A stretch of DNA of 64,000 nt, taken from contig OZ287694.1 of the NCBI GenBank assembly GCA_965649825.1, forward strand, positions 2,368,902 to 2,432,901, read 5' to 3'. A program made the translations under genes and the position numbers. Position 1 is the first letter of the stretch. Each line of letters begins with the position of its first letter. This document shows, in pieces, positions 20,075 to 33,161 of this stretch. Below the pieces are notes generated by a model. The model ran no database searches, was not told where the DNA came from, and saw only the letters and a list, made by a program, of their open reading frames with translations. The stretch comes from Penicillus capitatus. Taxonomy: Eukaryota > Plantae > Chlorophyta.

Positions 20075-21964
20075 TTAAATCGCTGAGTATCTTTTGAAGA
20101 TGGTCGTGGCGTAGAGCACCATCAAACGCAACTCCACGTGCATCACGTCGAGGTAGTACCTGATCCATCCGATGCCTGAGGGCAAAGCGGCACGGCGCTT
20201 TTCTGCCAGCGCCCGGGTGCACTCCCGTGCCGTGATGAGCAAACTGCTCGAGACCTGCGCCGCCAGTCGTCAGAATCTGGATGCCGTGCGGTGCGGGTGG
20301 GGTCATCGACCTGTTCGAGGCATTTGTCGATGGTTCTGAGGCAGTCGTTCGTCTTCAGCAGCAGAATGATCTCGCGCGGTACCCTCAGCAGGACGGTCGA
20401 TATCTCTCGGGCGTAATCCTTTGCGTGACGTTGTCTCTTCCGCATCTCCGTCTTCGTCGATCGCACCTGAGAATCACAGTGTGACCGTTGCTGTACCGCT
20501 CTTCAATGTATTGGACGTCACATCAAGATGGTCCACCGTTCTGCTCGTGATTTCGTCCCACTCTTTGTACGTGAGCATCGCGGCGAAGATGGGGTAGAGG
20601 TCGCCGGCGTTCATGCCGATGCTGTGTCGCCGGATGCCTTCTTGGTCGCCGAAGATGAGCGACTGCCACAGCGATGCGTATTCGTACCGCAGCGTCGGGG
20701 TCATTTCCTGATAGAGCCCGTGATCGAGCAGCACCAGTTCCTCTCGACCGTTGTCTAACCGTACCAGTAGATTGGCGGCGTGCGGATCGCAGTGCACCTT
20801 GCCGAAGAAAAAGATCATCTCGTTGAAAGTGAGAGACACAAGCTGCGCCAAACGCGCCAGATCCACGTTCCATCGCTTGAGCTCCTGGACGTCGGTGATG
20901 GGTATGCCTTCGATGTACTCCATGGTCAGGATGCGCGTGGTGCTCAGATCGGGATACATGGCGGGAACGGTCACTCTATCCTGCAGAAGCTGCATGGAAG
21001 CTGTCAGACGCGGGCGATGGGACCTGCCTGCCTTTCACGCGAGAAGCGGCCGAGTTGAGATTCTTCAGACAGTCCTGTGCGTTCTGAAGCTCCAGCAGAA
21101 AATCTGCCTCCTTCGGCAGGTTGATCCGGATCTCGCGCACCAGCCACGAGTAGTCATAGCTCTAAATGATCATCACACTTCTGTTCGTGAGCGAGCACGA
21201 CGTCCTTTCAGACCGGAAAGAGGAATTTGATGACGTGGACGAGGGATTGGACGATGGCGATGTCAGCCGCAGCCGAGTCCATCAGTCCAGGGTGCTGCAC
21301 CTTGACGGCCAGCTTTCTCCCCTGATGATCCGTCGCGACGTGCACCTGCGCCAACGAGGCGCTGGCGACGGGTGTGGGGTCGAAACTGCCGAAAAGCGTC
21401 TCCAGCGGCCGACCCAGCTCCTGCTGGATCACACTTCGCACATCGGCAAAGGACGTCAGCGGACACTTGTCCAGAACATTCTCCTGCATCGTACGAACGT
21501 ACTCCTCAGGCAGGAGGTGGTACTGCAGCGGCACAGTGATGCAAAAGAGTGAGAAAGAGTGAGGGTACCAGCTGGCCAATGTGCTGTCCCAGCTTGATGT
21601 AGATACCGCCGTTTGCAAAGGCGAGGGAGAGAAGACGATCCGCCCCACGCTGATTGCATTCCGAGATGACGTGACGTCTGCGTTCGGCATCCTTCACTCC
21701 CCACAACGACGACTGGTAGTCTACGACCATCCCTTCTCCCGTCCGGCTCCCGAGCTCGCCGACCGTACCGTAGACGATGGCCGTCGCCGTTCGAGCGCAT
21801 CGAGCAAATCGCAGCGGAATCTCGACGGACAGTCGAAAACGCTTCCCCGGGTCGTCGCCCTGAAGACACCAGGCACTCCATGCGCCGCCAGTGGCCATCG
21901 CGGCGCCCCATCGCCACCAAGCTCGTCGACGGCGTGCTGCGTACGACCACCCTCTCTGCCACAT
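20075..21964 (-). CDS. ADCK1: ABC1/UbiB (AarF) atypical kinase, ADCK1-like
   Basis: NGGIYIKLGQH, ASASLAQVH, AVKVQHPGL, HCDPHAANLLVR and LLDHGLY motifs across several exons. Confidence 0.9.
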
Positions 21965-22081
21965 CGTCGTCGTCTGAGAGCTTAATGCTATCGTTACACC
22001 CGTCCGTCCCATCAATGGATCTCGCGGTCGGCCAGCTCGATGCCCACCCGCCTGTGCACCGTATTGGCCTTATTGCGTTCG

Positions 22082-23079
22082 TTATGTATTTAAGCTAAAG
22101 TCTGAATACGAGAGCTCCTCAGCGCCAAGCGTACGGATGACCTTGGGACTCAGATGCTCCAGCGTCACCTCCCCGTTCGTGACATTCTCGATATCCCCCA
22201 GGTACAGGATCTGCTTCACCTTGGCATGCGCCTTCTTCTTGACCACCATTTTCATGATGCGCACGAAAGCCTTGAGGAGTTTATTGGGTCGAACCAGAAT
22301 CACATGCTGCACGTTTTTGCGGAACGGGTAGCTCAGTTCTCGATAGGCTGCCAGTATCCAGGAGATCGGCAGCGTCGACAGTGTTGATGAAGAGAAGGAC
22401 GTGAAGATGAGTACGTAAGGCCCAGTCGAGACAACCGGCTCCAGAGCTTCGCGCAGGTGTCTCAGGGCGGCCGTTCTGAGAGGCTTGTGCGGAATGGCAT
22501 GGGTGTTGATCACCACGACGGGGCGGTAGAGGGAGTCGACGGTGTCGCAGAAGACGAGTCCGTCGAAAAACGTCCCGTCGGTTGGACTCTGCAGCAGTGG
22601 CACGTCCTGGAAGCTATGCACGGCTAGATCGTCCTGTCCCGTCGGGGACAGGCCGTTTGGGCGTGGCTGGGATGCATGGATCACTCGGAGCGTCTCGTTC
22701 TTGATCTCCTCGTCGTCCGACATCGCATCGAGTCGGATTTCGTGCCTCTCTGGCAGCATCTCCCTCTTCTCCTCTCGTCTGAAGCCTGCATCTCACTCAC
22801 CGCCTGTCACATCAGGAGTGAGAAAGGACTTCTGTCACCTTCGAGGAGGGAAGAGGCGATGTCTGCCTGGAATGGAGGAGCGGGATGCGAGGCATCGGAG
22901 TAGACAACGAAATCGTTCTCCTCTTCATCGCTCGCGTCTCTGAGGTCTCCCATCGACTGAGTCGGTTGTGCATGGTGCGACGTCGCTGACGTTTCTTCTT
23001 CCATTTCGCCAAGGGAAAATTTCGGCTCATTGAGGAGCGTTGCACGCGATTCGGCAACGTCGGCGGCAGTTTGTGACAT
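22082..23079 (-). CDS. CRAL-TRIO/BCH (Sec14-like) domain protein with acidic N-terminus
   Basis: DSLYRPVVVI...PYVLIF...WILAAYRELSYPFRKNVQHVILVRP resembles the BCH/CRAL_TRIO_2 domain. Upstream exon 22807-23079 joins via a short intron. Confidence 0.8.
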
Positions 23080-23253
23080 TTCACGCGAGGTTGTTCACGG
23101 CGCGGATGCCTGGAGTTGAAGAGACAGGTCTGGGTAACCTTAATGACCAGAAAAGATGATGTGACGTCCGCGACGCGTGACGTGCGGAGAGAAGCGAGCT
23201 TTCCAGTCGTTGACGCCGAGACTGAACAGACGCCTCCAAACACCGTCGCCGCC

Positions 23254-24486
23254 ATGCGCACGCTCTACAACGTCTTTGCCGAACACGTGGCTCGACGTCG
23301 AGCCATTCTGCATGCCATCACGACGGAGTGCGTTCCCTTCTTGCGAACGCTCTAAGGGAAGGGCGGCGTTAGTGCGGAGATGCTTCTGTCCAAGTGTGAT
23401 CCGACGCAGCCCAATGTGTGTCTCTACGGATATCCGAGCGGAAAGTGGGAGGTGACGTTGCCGTCCGAAGAAGTCCCATCCGATGTCCCAGAGCCAGTCA
23501 TGGGCATCAATTTTGCACGCGATGGAATGACGGTACGTCGCATCATGCACGCCTGAGCCTGACGGGACGAATGCAGCGGGAGGAATGGCTATCCCTCGTG
23601 GCCATCTATTCGGATTCGTGGCTCATGTCTTTGGCGTTTTTCTCCGGAGCGCGGATGTGCAAAGAAGAACGGTAGCGAGATCGCTGTGCGCGACAGAGCG
23701 AAGAATGTGAGAAGTGTGATGTGTGAGGGAGGAGATGTTTCAGTTGATCAACCGACTGCCGACCTGTTACGAAATCGTCTCAGGGGTGCGCAAGTCCGAG
23801 GAATGGGAGATCCTGGCAGAGGAGGCGCTGCAGGACATGCGTACCGTGCTGGAGCACCAAGTCCGCTTTCCATCGAGACGATCATCTGGATCACCCGGAT
23901 GATGCTTCAGGATCAAGGATTGGACAACAGCGATGACAGCAATCTCGCGGTGTCGGAAGATCTGGAAACGAACTCCGAAGAGGAATCTGAAGTGCTGCCC
24001 TCAGTCTCTGCTCTTCGCTCCTTTCATGGTGACATCTGATCGGTGCTAGATCGGCATCTCGGAACCGAGCGGCCTGGACGATCCTGACGATCCTGACGAT
24101 CCGCCACCCCGACGGGCAGTCGTTCACGAAGTCCGGACGAGCGACGTCGGCGAGGCGATGACCGACGGCGACGGCGACGTGGATGTCGACGAAACGGCTG
24201 CGAGTAGGGAGGGCTATGGTGGTGTTTGATGTGACAGGTATGTTTAGGGTGGGAAGATGGAGAGGGGGATCCGTGTCCTGGATGCGGTCGTATGTACGCT
24301 CACGGGGAGTTTTGGATTGCATGCGATTTCTGCGACGTCTGGTACTGTGGGAGCTGTGCCGGGGTAACGCCGGATCCCTCGAGGGGTATTACAATGCAGT
24401 TGTTTGTGCAGATGGATGAAGAGAACGCACAAGATGTGTCAAAATGGAAGTGTACGGTGTGCAAGAAGCAAGAGCGTCCGCGTTGA
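23254..24486 (+). CDS. Alfin-like PHD-finger protein
   Basis: Alfin domain [37 protein letters not shown]|[22 protein letters not shown]; C-terminal PHD CPGC...[16 protein letters not shown]...WKCTVC. Confidence 0.92.
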
Positions 24487-24498
24487 AAAGACAACGTG

Positions 24499-26182
24499 AT
24501 GTTATCGACACCTGCAGCGATTTCATCGAAAGCCGCGCCGTCGACTGGCGCGTTTGCACCGAGACGATGCGTCAGTCGCGGGACATCGCGATCGCCGTGC
24601 CGCTTGAGTGCATCGACGTGGCACCGCGACGTTGCTCAACTGAAGGAGGCGCTGGAAGCGACGTCGACGTCGCCCCCGGAGGTTGCGTTCGACGAGACGG
24701 CGGTGGAGGGCGTCGAGCCGGAACGCGTTGTCCTTGTGGGGGTGGCCAGAAAGCGACCGTCGTCTTTCGCTGATGACGAGGACTACACGTTGCACGAGTC
24801 TCTGGAAGAGTTGCATGGGCTGGCCGAGACGGCAGGACTCGTGGTGGTCGAGCAGTTCTATCAGTACGTTGACAAGCCGAGCCCGGCGACGTACATCGGA
24901 TCGGGGAAGCTGAAGGAGATCGGCGAAAGTGTAGCGAAGCAGAAGGCAAGTACGGTGATCTTCGACGAAGAGCTCTCGCCCGTTCAGCTCACGAACATCG
25001 AGAAAAGCCTCGGGTTTGTGTGTCCCTTAGCCCTTGCACACTGCCCCGAAAGAGCGACGTTCTTAGCGAAGGAGTGAGAATCTGCGATCGGACGGCGTTG
25101 ATTCTGGACATCTTCTCGCAACGTGCTCTGAGTCGCGAAGGCCAACTGCAGGTTCGGATGTGTGACACAGGTGTGAGATGCATGTGCGAGAAAGACTAGG
25201 TTGAACTGGCGCAGTATAAGTATCAGCTGCCGCGACTGACAAGGATGTGGACGCATCTGGAGCGCCAGGTGGGCGGCAGTGGCGGCGACCAGGCCGTCAA
25301 AGGTATGGGCGAGAAACAGATCGAAGTGGACAAGCGTCTCCTGCGTCAGCGCATCCGTTCCGTTCAACGCGAGCTCGACGAAGTGACCGACCGTTTCTCG
25401 CACTCCGTGTCTCACGGGGGTCACACTTTTAGGTAAAGCTCCATCGGCGGCTGCAACGCCATCGAAGAGCGGAGCACGATTTTCCGGTGGTTGCCCTCAT
25501 GGGCTACACCAACGCTGGCAAGTCGACACTGCTGAACAACATGACGGACGCGGATGTGCTGGTGGAGGACAAGTTCTTTGCCACGTTGGACCCCACCACG
25601 CGAAGGCTGAAGCTTCCGGGCGGAAAGACGGCGTTGCTGTCGGATACCGTTGGACTGATACAGAAACTCCCGCCGCAGTTCGTGGCGGCCTTTGGCGCCA
25701 CACTGGAGGAGCTTCTAGACGCGACCCTGCTGCTTTACGTCATCGACATGAGCAACATCCATCGAGCCAAACAGCAGAAGGCCGTCGAGGATGTCATGAA
25801 GTCCATTGGCCTGTCGGATGTGCCGATCCTGACCGTATGGAACAAGGCGGACGTGGTGTCGCCCGAAGAACGGCGCGTCGTTATGGAGGAAGGCGGCGAT
25901 CGAGCCGTCTGCATCTCGGCGAAGACGGGAGACGGATTGGAGGAGCTGCTGCTGGCCATCGAGCGATGCCTCGAAGAGTCGATGGTGCCTGTCTCGGTTG
26001 AGATTCCGTACCGACACGGCGATCTGGTGCAACGCATGTACGCGCACGGTGTTGTGCGGCACGCAGAGCACATGGCAGAGGGGACATGGATTGAAGCAAG
26101 TGTCCCTCTCCCCTTGGCCTCCCGTCTGCAACCCTTCCGGACAACAACGCAGTCAGATGCCGATCACAGACACCTCGACTAG
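24499..26182 (+). CDS. hflX: HflX ribosome-splitting GTPase, organelle-targeted
   Basis: [60 protein letters not shown] and NKAD motifs; S/T/R/A-rich transit-peptide-like N-terminus; introns present. Confidence 0.95.
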
Positions 26183-26354
26183 TGCACGCCTCTTTGGAGA
26201 GATTCCCGGCGACGGCGTGTAAAGTGTGAGATTACTCCTCTGGCTGTCGAAGCTTTATGGCGGTCGCTTCGAAATTGTCGCCGTCGAGGCGCTTCGTGAA
26301 TCGCGAGGGAGGTGTCGTCCGTCTCCGGGGCGCAGATTCCCTCCATTACGCGAG

Positions 26355-29186
26355 ATGGCGACGTCCATGTGTGGCAAGCACGAGGATGGACTGGCGTTCC
26401 ATTCGGATTTCGAAGGCGGCAATCTCGAGCGCGCCGTTCGGCAGAAAGGAAAGGACGTCTACGATCTCTATCTGCGTTCCGATACCTGCGCCGCTCGGTA
26501 ACGCGTTCCCCTTCCCGCCGTGCACGGATGCGAGCGTCTGGCAGAACGCGCTTGTGGTTGTGCTTCGAGGTCGGCAACATTCGCCCGGGCGTGATCTACA
26601 CTCTCCGAATCGGCAACTTCTCCCGTTCGCGGCCCCTCTACCGTCGCGGCATGACGCCCGTCATCCGACAGACGCAGAAGACATCGGCGACACCGTCATC
26701 CTACCGCGCAGCTGGCGGCGCGTCGGATGCGTGGAAGTCCATGGACGCGTCCAACGTCCTCTACAAACGCCGCAAGAAAGACGGCGCCGCTCGGGAGGTC
26801 CTCTGCCTCAAGCTCACGCGGAGCACGTGCGGCGAGCGATGCGAAATTGCCTTCAGCCATCCGTATACCTACTCTCTGCTCTCGAGCCATCTATCCGCTC
26901 TGCGTTCCTCCCCTCACGTCAACTGCCAGACGCTTTGCTGGTCGACGACCGCGCTCGACGTCGAGTGACGGTGTGGCCTAGGTCGTCAGAGGGGCGGCCG
27001 GTTGAGGTGATCACCGTGGCGCAGCCCGTTTCGGATCCGGCGCGCAGACGGCCGGTCGTTTTCTTGACGGGTCGTGCGCACCCGGGCGAGACTCCGGCGT
27101 CGTGGTGTCTGCACGGACTCCTCCGATTTCTTTCGAGTTCCACGACCAAAGCCGAAAGAGCGCGACGACGGTTGACATGGATCATCGTAAGTACACGCCG
27201 CCATCCCTCGCCCACACGTCGCATCGCTTTAACCGTAACGTCATTCTTTACATGACATCATCAACCTTCAGAGAGCGATTTGAAATATCCGTCCCACCAA
27301 TACCGTGTGCGTGATCCATTGCCAGTCAGTCCAGCAAAATACATGACGCTCCCACAAAGAGCACAGCGCTTGAATTGGAGAATGCGGATCTCATCGAGAT
27401 CAAGATGGCTAACCGATGCTAGGAGATAGGTAGATAGATAGAGATGTCTTCGAGTAAGTAAGTACAGTCGAGTCAATCATGAGATGCCCTGTCTTTATTC
27501 TGAGGTATCATGATACGTCTAAGGAAAGATTGCCCATCGTCTTCGCAGTATCGAAACGGGGTGCTTCATCGTGAGCACAGTACACGAGGGCGTCCTTCCG
27601 CAACTCGCCGAATATCAACGGATCTAAGTGCATCCATGCCACAGGGTATGAGAATGCGTGAGTGGACCCTCTGCTTAAGAATTGCCTTCATTCCTTCTCG
27701 TTCAGTAAAAGCCATCGGACAGACACTGACTGAGCTAATTAACGATGACAACAAAATACGACTGAGCTAATCCAGAGTTTTCTGTCTCTTGAGGTCGGTC
27801 ATTGAGGCGATGGGTCGGTGTGTTCTGTCCTGCTGTGTTGCTACTGGGGACTGGCAGGAGAGGCGGATGGGGAGTCGATGGAGACATCGGTCTCCTGTGT
27901 GTTCAGAGCAGAGGGCACGGAGAACGTCTCTTCTGACGAGACGGGCTGCGGCTGCTCCTCGTCCTGACCCTTCAGGAGCTTCTGATAGTTACCCATCAAC
28001 GCCAGGAACTTCGCAGAGGCTGCTTCCTTCTCGGCCATGACCTTGGCTCGCATGGCTCTCAGAGCATCGCCAGCCGAGCAATCCGTTGCCGCTGTGGCCG
28101 GTCCTGTACAGCAGACAGTCGACCGCAGTGGCTATGGAAGCCATCCCGACCTGCCGCGGAAGTCGCCTCGCAGTTGAGTGGCCCATACTTCGTCTCGTAC
28201 GCCTTCAGCTGCTCCCGGAGTCTCTTGTTCTCAAGCTCTAGCTCCGTCAGCCTTGACTGGGTCATTGGGTCAGGCAGGGCGCTCATTATCTCGGTCGACA
28301 TCTTCGCTCTGGGGGCAGCGATCCTAGTCAATCATACAAACGTGCCAAATTTTCTTCTTTGCGTTGGACGCGCGCACGACGACGTTTATAACACGCTTAT
28401 CTCTGAGCGAACGAACGAACAATCCATCCATCGCACGTACATACGGCGTAGAGCGTCGTGCGGGGCGGTTGGTGGGGGATGTCGTCTGCGTCATGCCGAT
28501 GGACGACGCCGTTCATGTGTCGCGTAGGTTCCGATGCTGAATCCGGACGGCGTCGTCTGCGGGAACTATCGACGGGATGCAGGCGGCGTCGATCTCAATC
28601 GCGTGTGGCACGAGCCGCGACGCACGGAAGAGCCGACCATCTATCATTGCAAGAAACTGATGGAGAGTATCGATGCGACACCTGGACGCGAACTGGCTTA
28701 CTTCGTCGACGTCCACGCGCATTCGGCGACGACGTCGAACTTCTTCATCGCGAATGACGTGCCCAGTCGGCCGGACAATGACGACTTTCTAAAGTGCGAT
28801 AGCGACGTGGAGGAGAAAGTCTGAGATGGCGTAGGTGGATGCATGGTCGTCTGGGGAAGTATTGTTTCGGCACGGCGCGCTTGGATAACGACGCGAGCAA
28901 ACGGGGCAGTGGCCGGCGTGCCGTCGCAGCGGCGTTTCCGCACGTTCTCGCATATACCCTCGAGCTCAGCTTCTTCGCCAGAACGCTCGTCAAAAGACGA
29001 GTCGCTGTCAGAGACGCCGCCGCCGCCGGTGCTGTCGCGTCAGCGCGTTCGAAGAGAAGGCGGCGCAAAGATCGACGCGATGGGGTGCTCGCGGCAGAAG
29101 CGTATCCCAATTCGTGCCAGTGGTATATGGACATCGGACACGCACTCGGCATCGCCTTTGGCGACATACCCCTCTTCCGTCGCTAA
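26355..29186 (+). CDS. Cytosolic carboxypeptidase (M14D, CCP/AGBL family; tubulin deglutamylase-like)
   Basis: FHSDFEGGNL, HPYTYS, RAHPGETPASW, WII|VPMLNPDGV..GNYR, DLNR and DVHAHS motifs; 1341-nt intron at 27187-28527. Confidence 0.9.
27841..28331 (-). CDS. Small coiled-coil protein nested antisense in the large CCP intron (2 exons)
   Basis: ATG at 28331; a 47-nt GT-AG intron restores the frame: RLTELELENKRLREQLKAYE...ALRAMRAKVMAEKEAASAKFLALMGNYQKLL...PQ*. Confidence 0.65.
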
Positions 29187-30819
29187 TCAACGCGCACGTT
29201 TCTCGTTGGATCTCACACTTTGAAATGACCCGTCCGTTACATTGCCACTTTGTGTGAGACGTCGCTCCCGAAGGAGCGAGAGAGATTGGTGCTTGCGCAC
29301 CCTCACCTGTCACATCGAATGGTGCCATGTTTGTGCTTTCGTGCAGCGCCGGGCCGTTACGGAAAGGATGGATCTTGCTTGCAAAGCGTCACGCGGATGG
29401 TCGTCTGACTCGAATGCCCTTCGACCATACAGTCGACCGTGAGATGTGATGCCTCAGTTGCCACTTAATGAGACGAAGATCAATGCGCTGCTGCGGCTTG
29501 GTGACAGGGGCACACGGATGGTGGCTTCGTCGTCAACCTGTTCACGAATCATTCTCTGCCACATGAGTCAGGTCTGGTGTTGGAGATCTCGCCTTCATTT
29601 GAAGACTGAGCGATCGCACGTCTGGTGAGTCTGCACCACTATCGAACACAAACAAACCTATGTTGTGCACGATGTGACGTTTGCTGTCGAGATGGGTACG
29701 ACGCTCATTTCCAATTCGATGCCGACGAGCAGAAACAAATTGTCCACGAGCACGCGTCTTTGGCGGTGCCTTCCGCATTGTGCACCGAAAAGATTGATAG
29801 ACAGGTCAGCACATCTATCACCTCAAAGGTCCTTCCACGATTACGGCTTAACAGTGGTCAAAAATTGAGTGATGAGATAGGACACAGCATCAATAGCTAT
29901 GGAATCTATCTGGCTAAGACATGTCGCCGGTCGGCCGCGCAGCGAGAAACGAGCTAAAAGCGGAAGACTTTACAAGTTCGGAGCAAGGTCTCCAAAGGTT
30001 CGAATTCGCCGTTAAATACGCGAATGGTAAGGTGACCCCTGGACAGGATGAGTGAGCAACGAATCAGAGCCAAGGAAAAGCGTTCCTCGAAATCCCAGAG
30101 GGCTCTCTGAAAAGAAATCGAGCGTCCCTCGAAACATAGGACCCCCTTTCCACGAGGCAGTCGCATCGCCATGAAAATCTTGGCGACAGCATGTATCTCT
30201 TCCTTTGGAATCATAAACGATGTGTGTGAATGGTGTAATCAAAGCCCGGTTGCCAGCGGCATTTCGGAGGTGGACGAAGGATCTCTAGAAGAAAAGACCG
30301 GCGACAACGGGTTCAATTCCCGCTCTGGACGATGGGACAGCGGGGTGGTACGGGATGAGAGCGACGACGCTGGTTAAGCCGAGACCGAGCCGCGAAGATG
30401 ACGACGATTTAATGGAATGATGTGAGCGCAAGATGCGAATAAGTGATTAGATGAGAGCACTACAACGGACTGAGGTGCCGACCGCCGATTTGCTCTGCGA
30501 AAGGCGGGATATCAAGAACCGTGACGTGTAACAGCGGCATGTAAAACATTGATTGATTGAATGAATGATATGCCGTCGCTCACGAAGCCACCACTAACTT
30601 TTGGTCATTACTTCAAACAATCCTATTTGTCCCACATGAGATCATGAAGCCATGTTGAATGTGTTAAGGAGAGAAAATGAAAATGCTCTTATTTGTGGCC
30701 ATTTCTAACCAATCTTTTCAAATTTCCCAACCAGGGTGAAAGGACCTCGTGAAGAGGTGACGTGCACATGGCGCCATTAATGACGATTTCCGCATGCAGA
30801 AGGACGCGATTAATTTGCT

Positions 30820-31300
30820 TCAGTCGAGATTTGTTCTTGAGTATGTGGGGCCCCATGCAGTCGCTGTATAGATCGCCTGTGGTATGAGGATGCTGCGTGT
30901 TAGGGTTCTAAGAATCCAGGGATCGGTGCCCCAGTGCATTGAAGCCATTTTCTTGATCGCTGAGAGACTTTGGGTCATCTTCCTCTCCAGGTGATTTATG
31001 TGAACGCCGAACGTGAGTTTTCGATCAAAGTGCACTCCCAAGTACTTCAGAGTTGGAGAGGGATGAATTGGAGTACCAAAGATGGCAGTCTTGGGATATG
31101 CGTTTTTCGGAGTCTGGTGATGCTTAAAAGTTTCGTCTTTGAGCAGTTGCACTTCAAAGGATTTTTCGAACACCATTCTTCCAGAGCTTGAATTGATGCC
31201 TGGAGATCAGTGTTAGGGAACCGTCTTTGTCTACCATACGCCACAGAACAGAGTCGTTGGCGAAAAGCTGTCCTTTGACTTCGCCTCTACATATCGACGG
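30820..31300 (-). mobile_element. Degenerate non-LTR (LINE) reverse transcriptase fragment
   Basis: QLFANDSVLW (decayed F/YADD), LEEWCSKNPLKCNCSKT, KYLGVHFDRKLTF..HI, WGTDPWILRTL..SILIP..IY...AW; frameshifted. Confidence 0.8.
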
Positions 31301-32739
31301 CAAACATAAACGATGTAGTTGATATCTTGTCACGCGGGAGGCGCCACGCTAAACGAGCATACACAACGGAAGGCTCTAAGTTTACAGAGCAAGGTTGTTT
31401 GCCCACAGAATGCGCCCATTAATATGCGGAATGTGACACGATTTCACAGGTTAGGTGAGTCATCTAAGGCTCAGGGCCATAAGAAAGTACACCTGACAAG
31501 ACGTTAAGTGCTTCTTGGAATTATTAGCTCCTCAGAATCGAGGCAGCTGATGTGACTTCCACGCGAGAGTGGTATACCTTCATAAGGCATTTATTTCCGT
31601 GTTGTTGCGGATTCTCTCGTTTAGTTGCTTCTACATTACCCTCCTCCCTTTCGATGAAACACTAACATCATCTCTCCATTGAGATTGAAGCTATACGACA
31701 CAGACGATAGCTGTCGGCGCCTTCTCGGTAATTCACTGAGAGCTATTACGCCGAAGACATTGCGCCTTCCACTGCCTTCTGATCTCTCTGAATCTTGACC
31801 TAGAGATCTGACAGGTTTTTAGGTAAGACAGATGTGAGCCTTGTTGTCTTTTGACCCAAATCGGGATGTTTGCCGACCCTCTGTCTCTTGTCCTTTCGCT
31901 ACACGTATCCTGTTAATGGTGGATTGACAGATGTGGGCACTAGCGATGTCTGTTTAGACTGAATACTGTTGTGTGTTCACTCTAATCAATGGACCAGGGC
32001 TGCATCAAACATACCTGCCTCCTGTATGTGGTGAATAGAAACACTGTATCATCTGATTAGATCGTTCCGGAACGCGTAACCATGTTTTAAAAGACGACTC
32101 ACCTAGATTCATGTCTCCGCGTAGATCGTTCACTGATCTCTCTAAAATGGCGACATGTTAAGGATCGATTACAGAATTCAAAGGTTATCGACAAGAAAAG
32201 TCAGCAGAGTTCAGTTTCTGGGGCCTTCTAGGCCGATAGAGTGATGACAAACTTCAGCAGATTGCTCCATTTCCAATCAAGAACGAAACAACAACTATCG
32301 TACTGTCGCGCTGTCGATGAACGAATCTGATCGCCTCAAGATCGCAGAGAACAAAGAGAGACTCCTGATTCAGGTCAGCTATCCTCAAGCACTCCTCGAG
32401 CGTTTCAGACGTGTGATGCTCCCTGCTGTCAGTCCATGGAGCTCCGGCAATGGATCACCCATGGCCGAGGAGACGACAGAGACAGCTGAGCGTCTTTCTA
32501 GAGATCTCCAAATAGGCAGCTCCAGACACACACCCTATTCCTGTCTCTTTTCCTGCAGGCAATGTACAATCAGCACGAAATGGCGAATGTGATCGTATCG
32601 AACGATCCTCGCATCCTCTTCAAGAATCTCCTGTCCCTCTAAACAGGTCATCCTCTCAGAGACCGTCGACGACGAACAGCAGAAGCTCATGGCAACTTGG
32701 ACAAAGACATTACAGAGAGATGACGATCGCTTTGTCCTT

Positions 32740-33161
32740 CTACTTTAATGGCTGCATCAAGGTGATGGTGTCTCCCTTTATCAGAATGCGACCTGGCACA
32801 TATACTCGGCATCGAATGTCGGGAAAAGGATCTCGATATACCCAAAGGCTTCCGGGTCTTCTTCTTCACGAAGATCTCTTGGGCATCATCGAGCACCAAG
32901 TTCATATACTCGTCAAATCCCTTCAGACCGGAAACGTCACATCAGACCCCCTGTGACAGATGTTCCGCGTTCGTACAATGATGGTGCCTTCAATCTTCAT
33001 ATCCTTCTGCTCGAATATCCAAATCTGAATCCGCTGCCGGTTCTGAAGAAACCGGAAGATCAGGTTCTGGAGAAGGGTTCGAACAGGTCAGGAATGAAAG
33101 GCATCTGCCACGAGATGTGTACGATGGGCTGGGTCATTATACGGTGGGCGCGTCCCGACAT
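32740..33161 (-). CDS. SNRPE: Small nuclear ribonucleoprotein E (SmE), 4 exons
   Basis: [13 protein letters not shown]|[30 protein letters not shown]|[15 protein letters not shown]...LG|[16 protein letters not shown]; TGTAA downstream. Confidence 0.96.
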
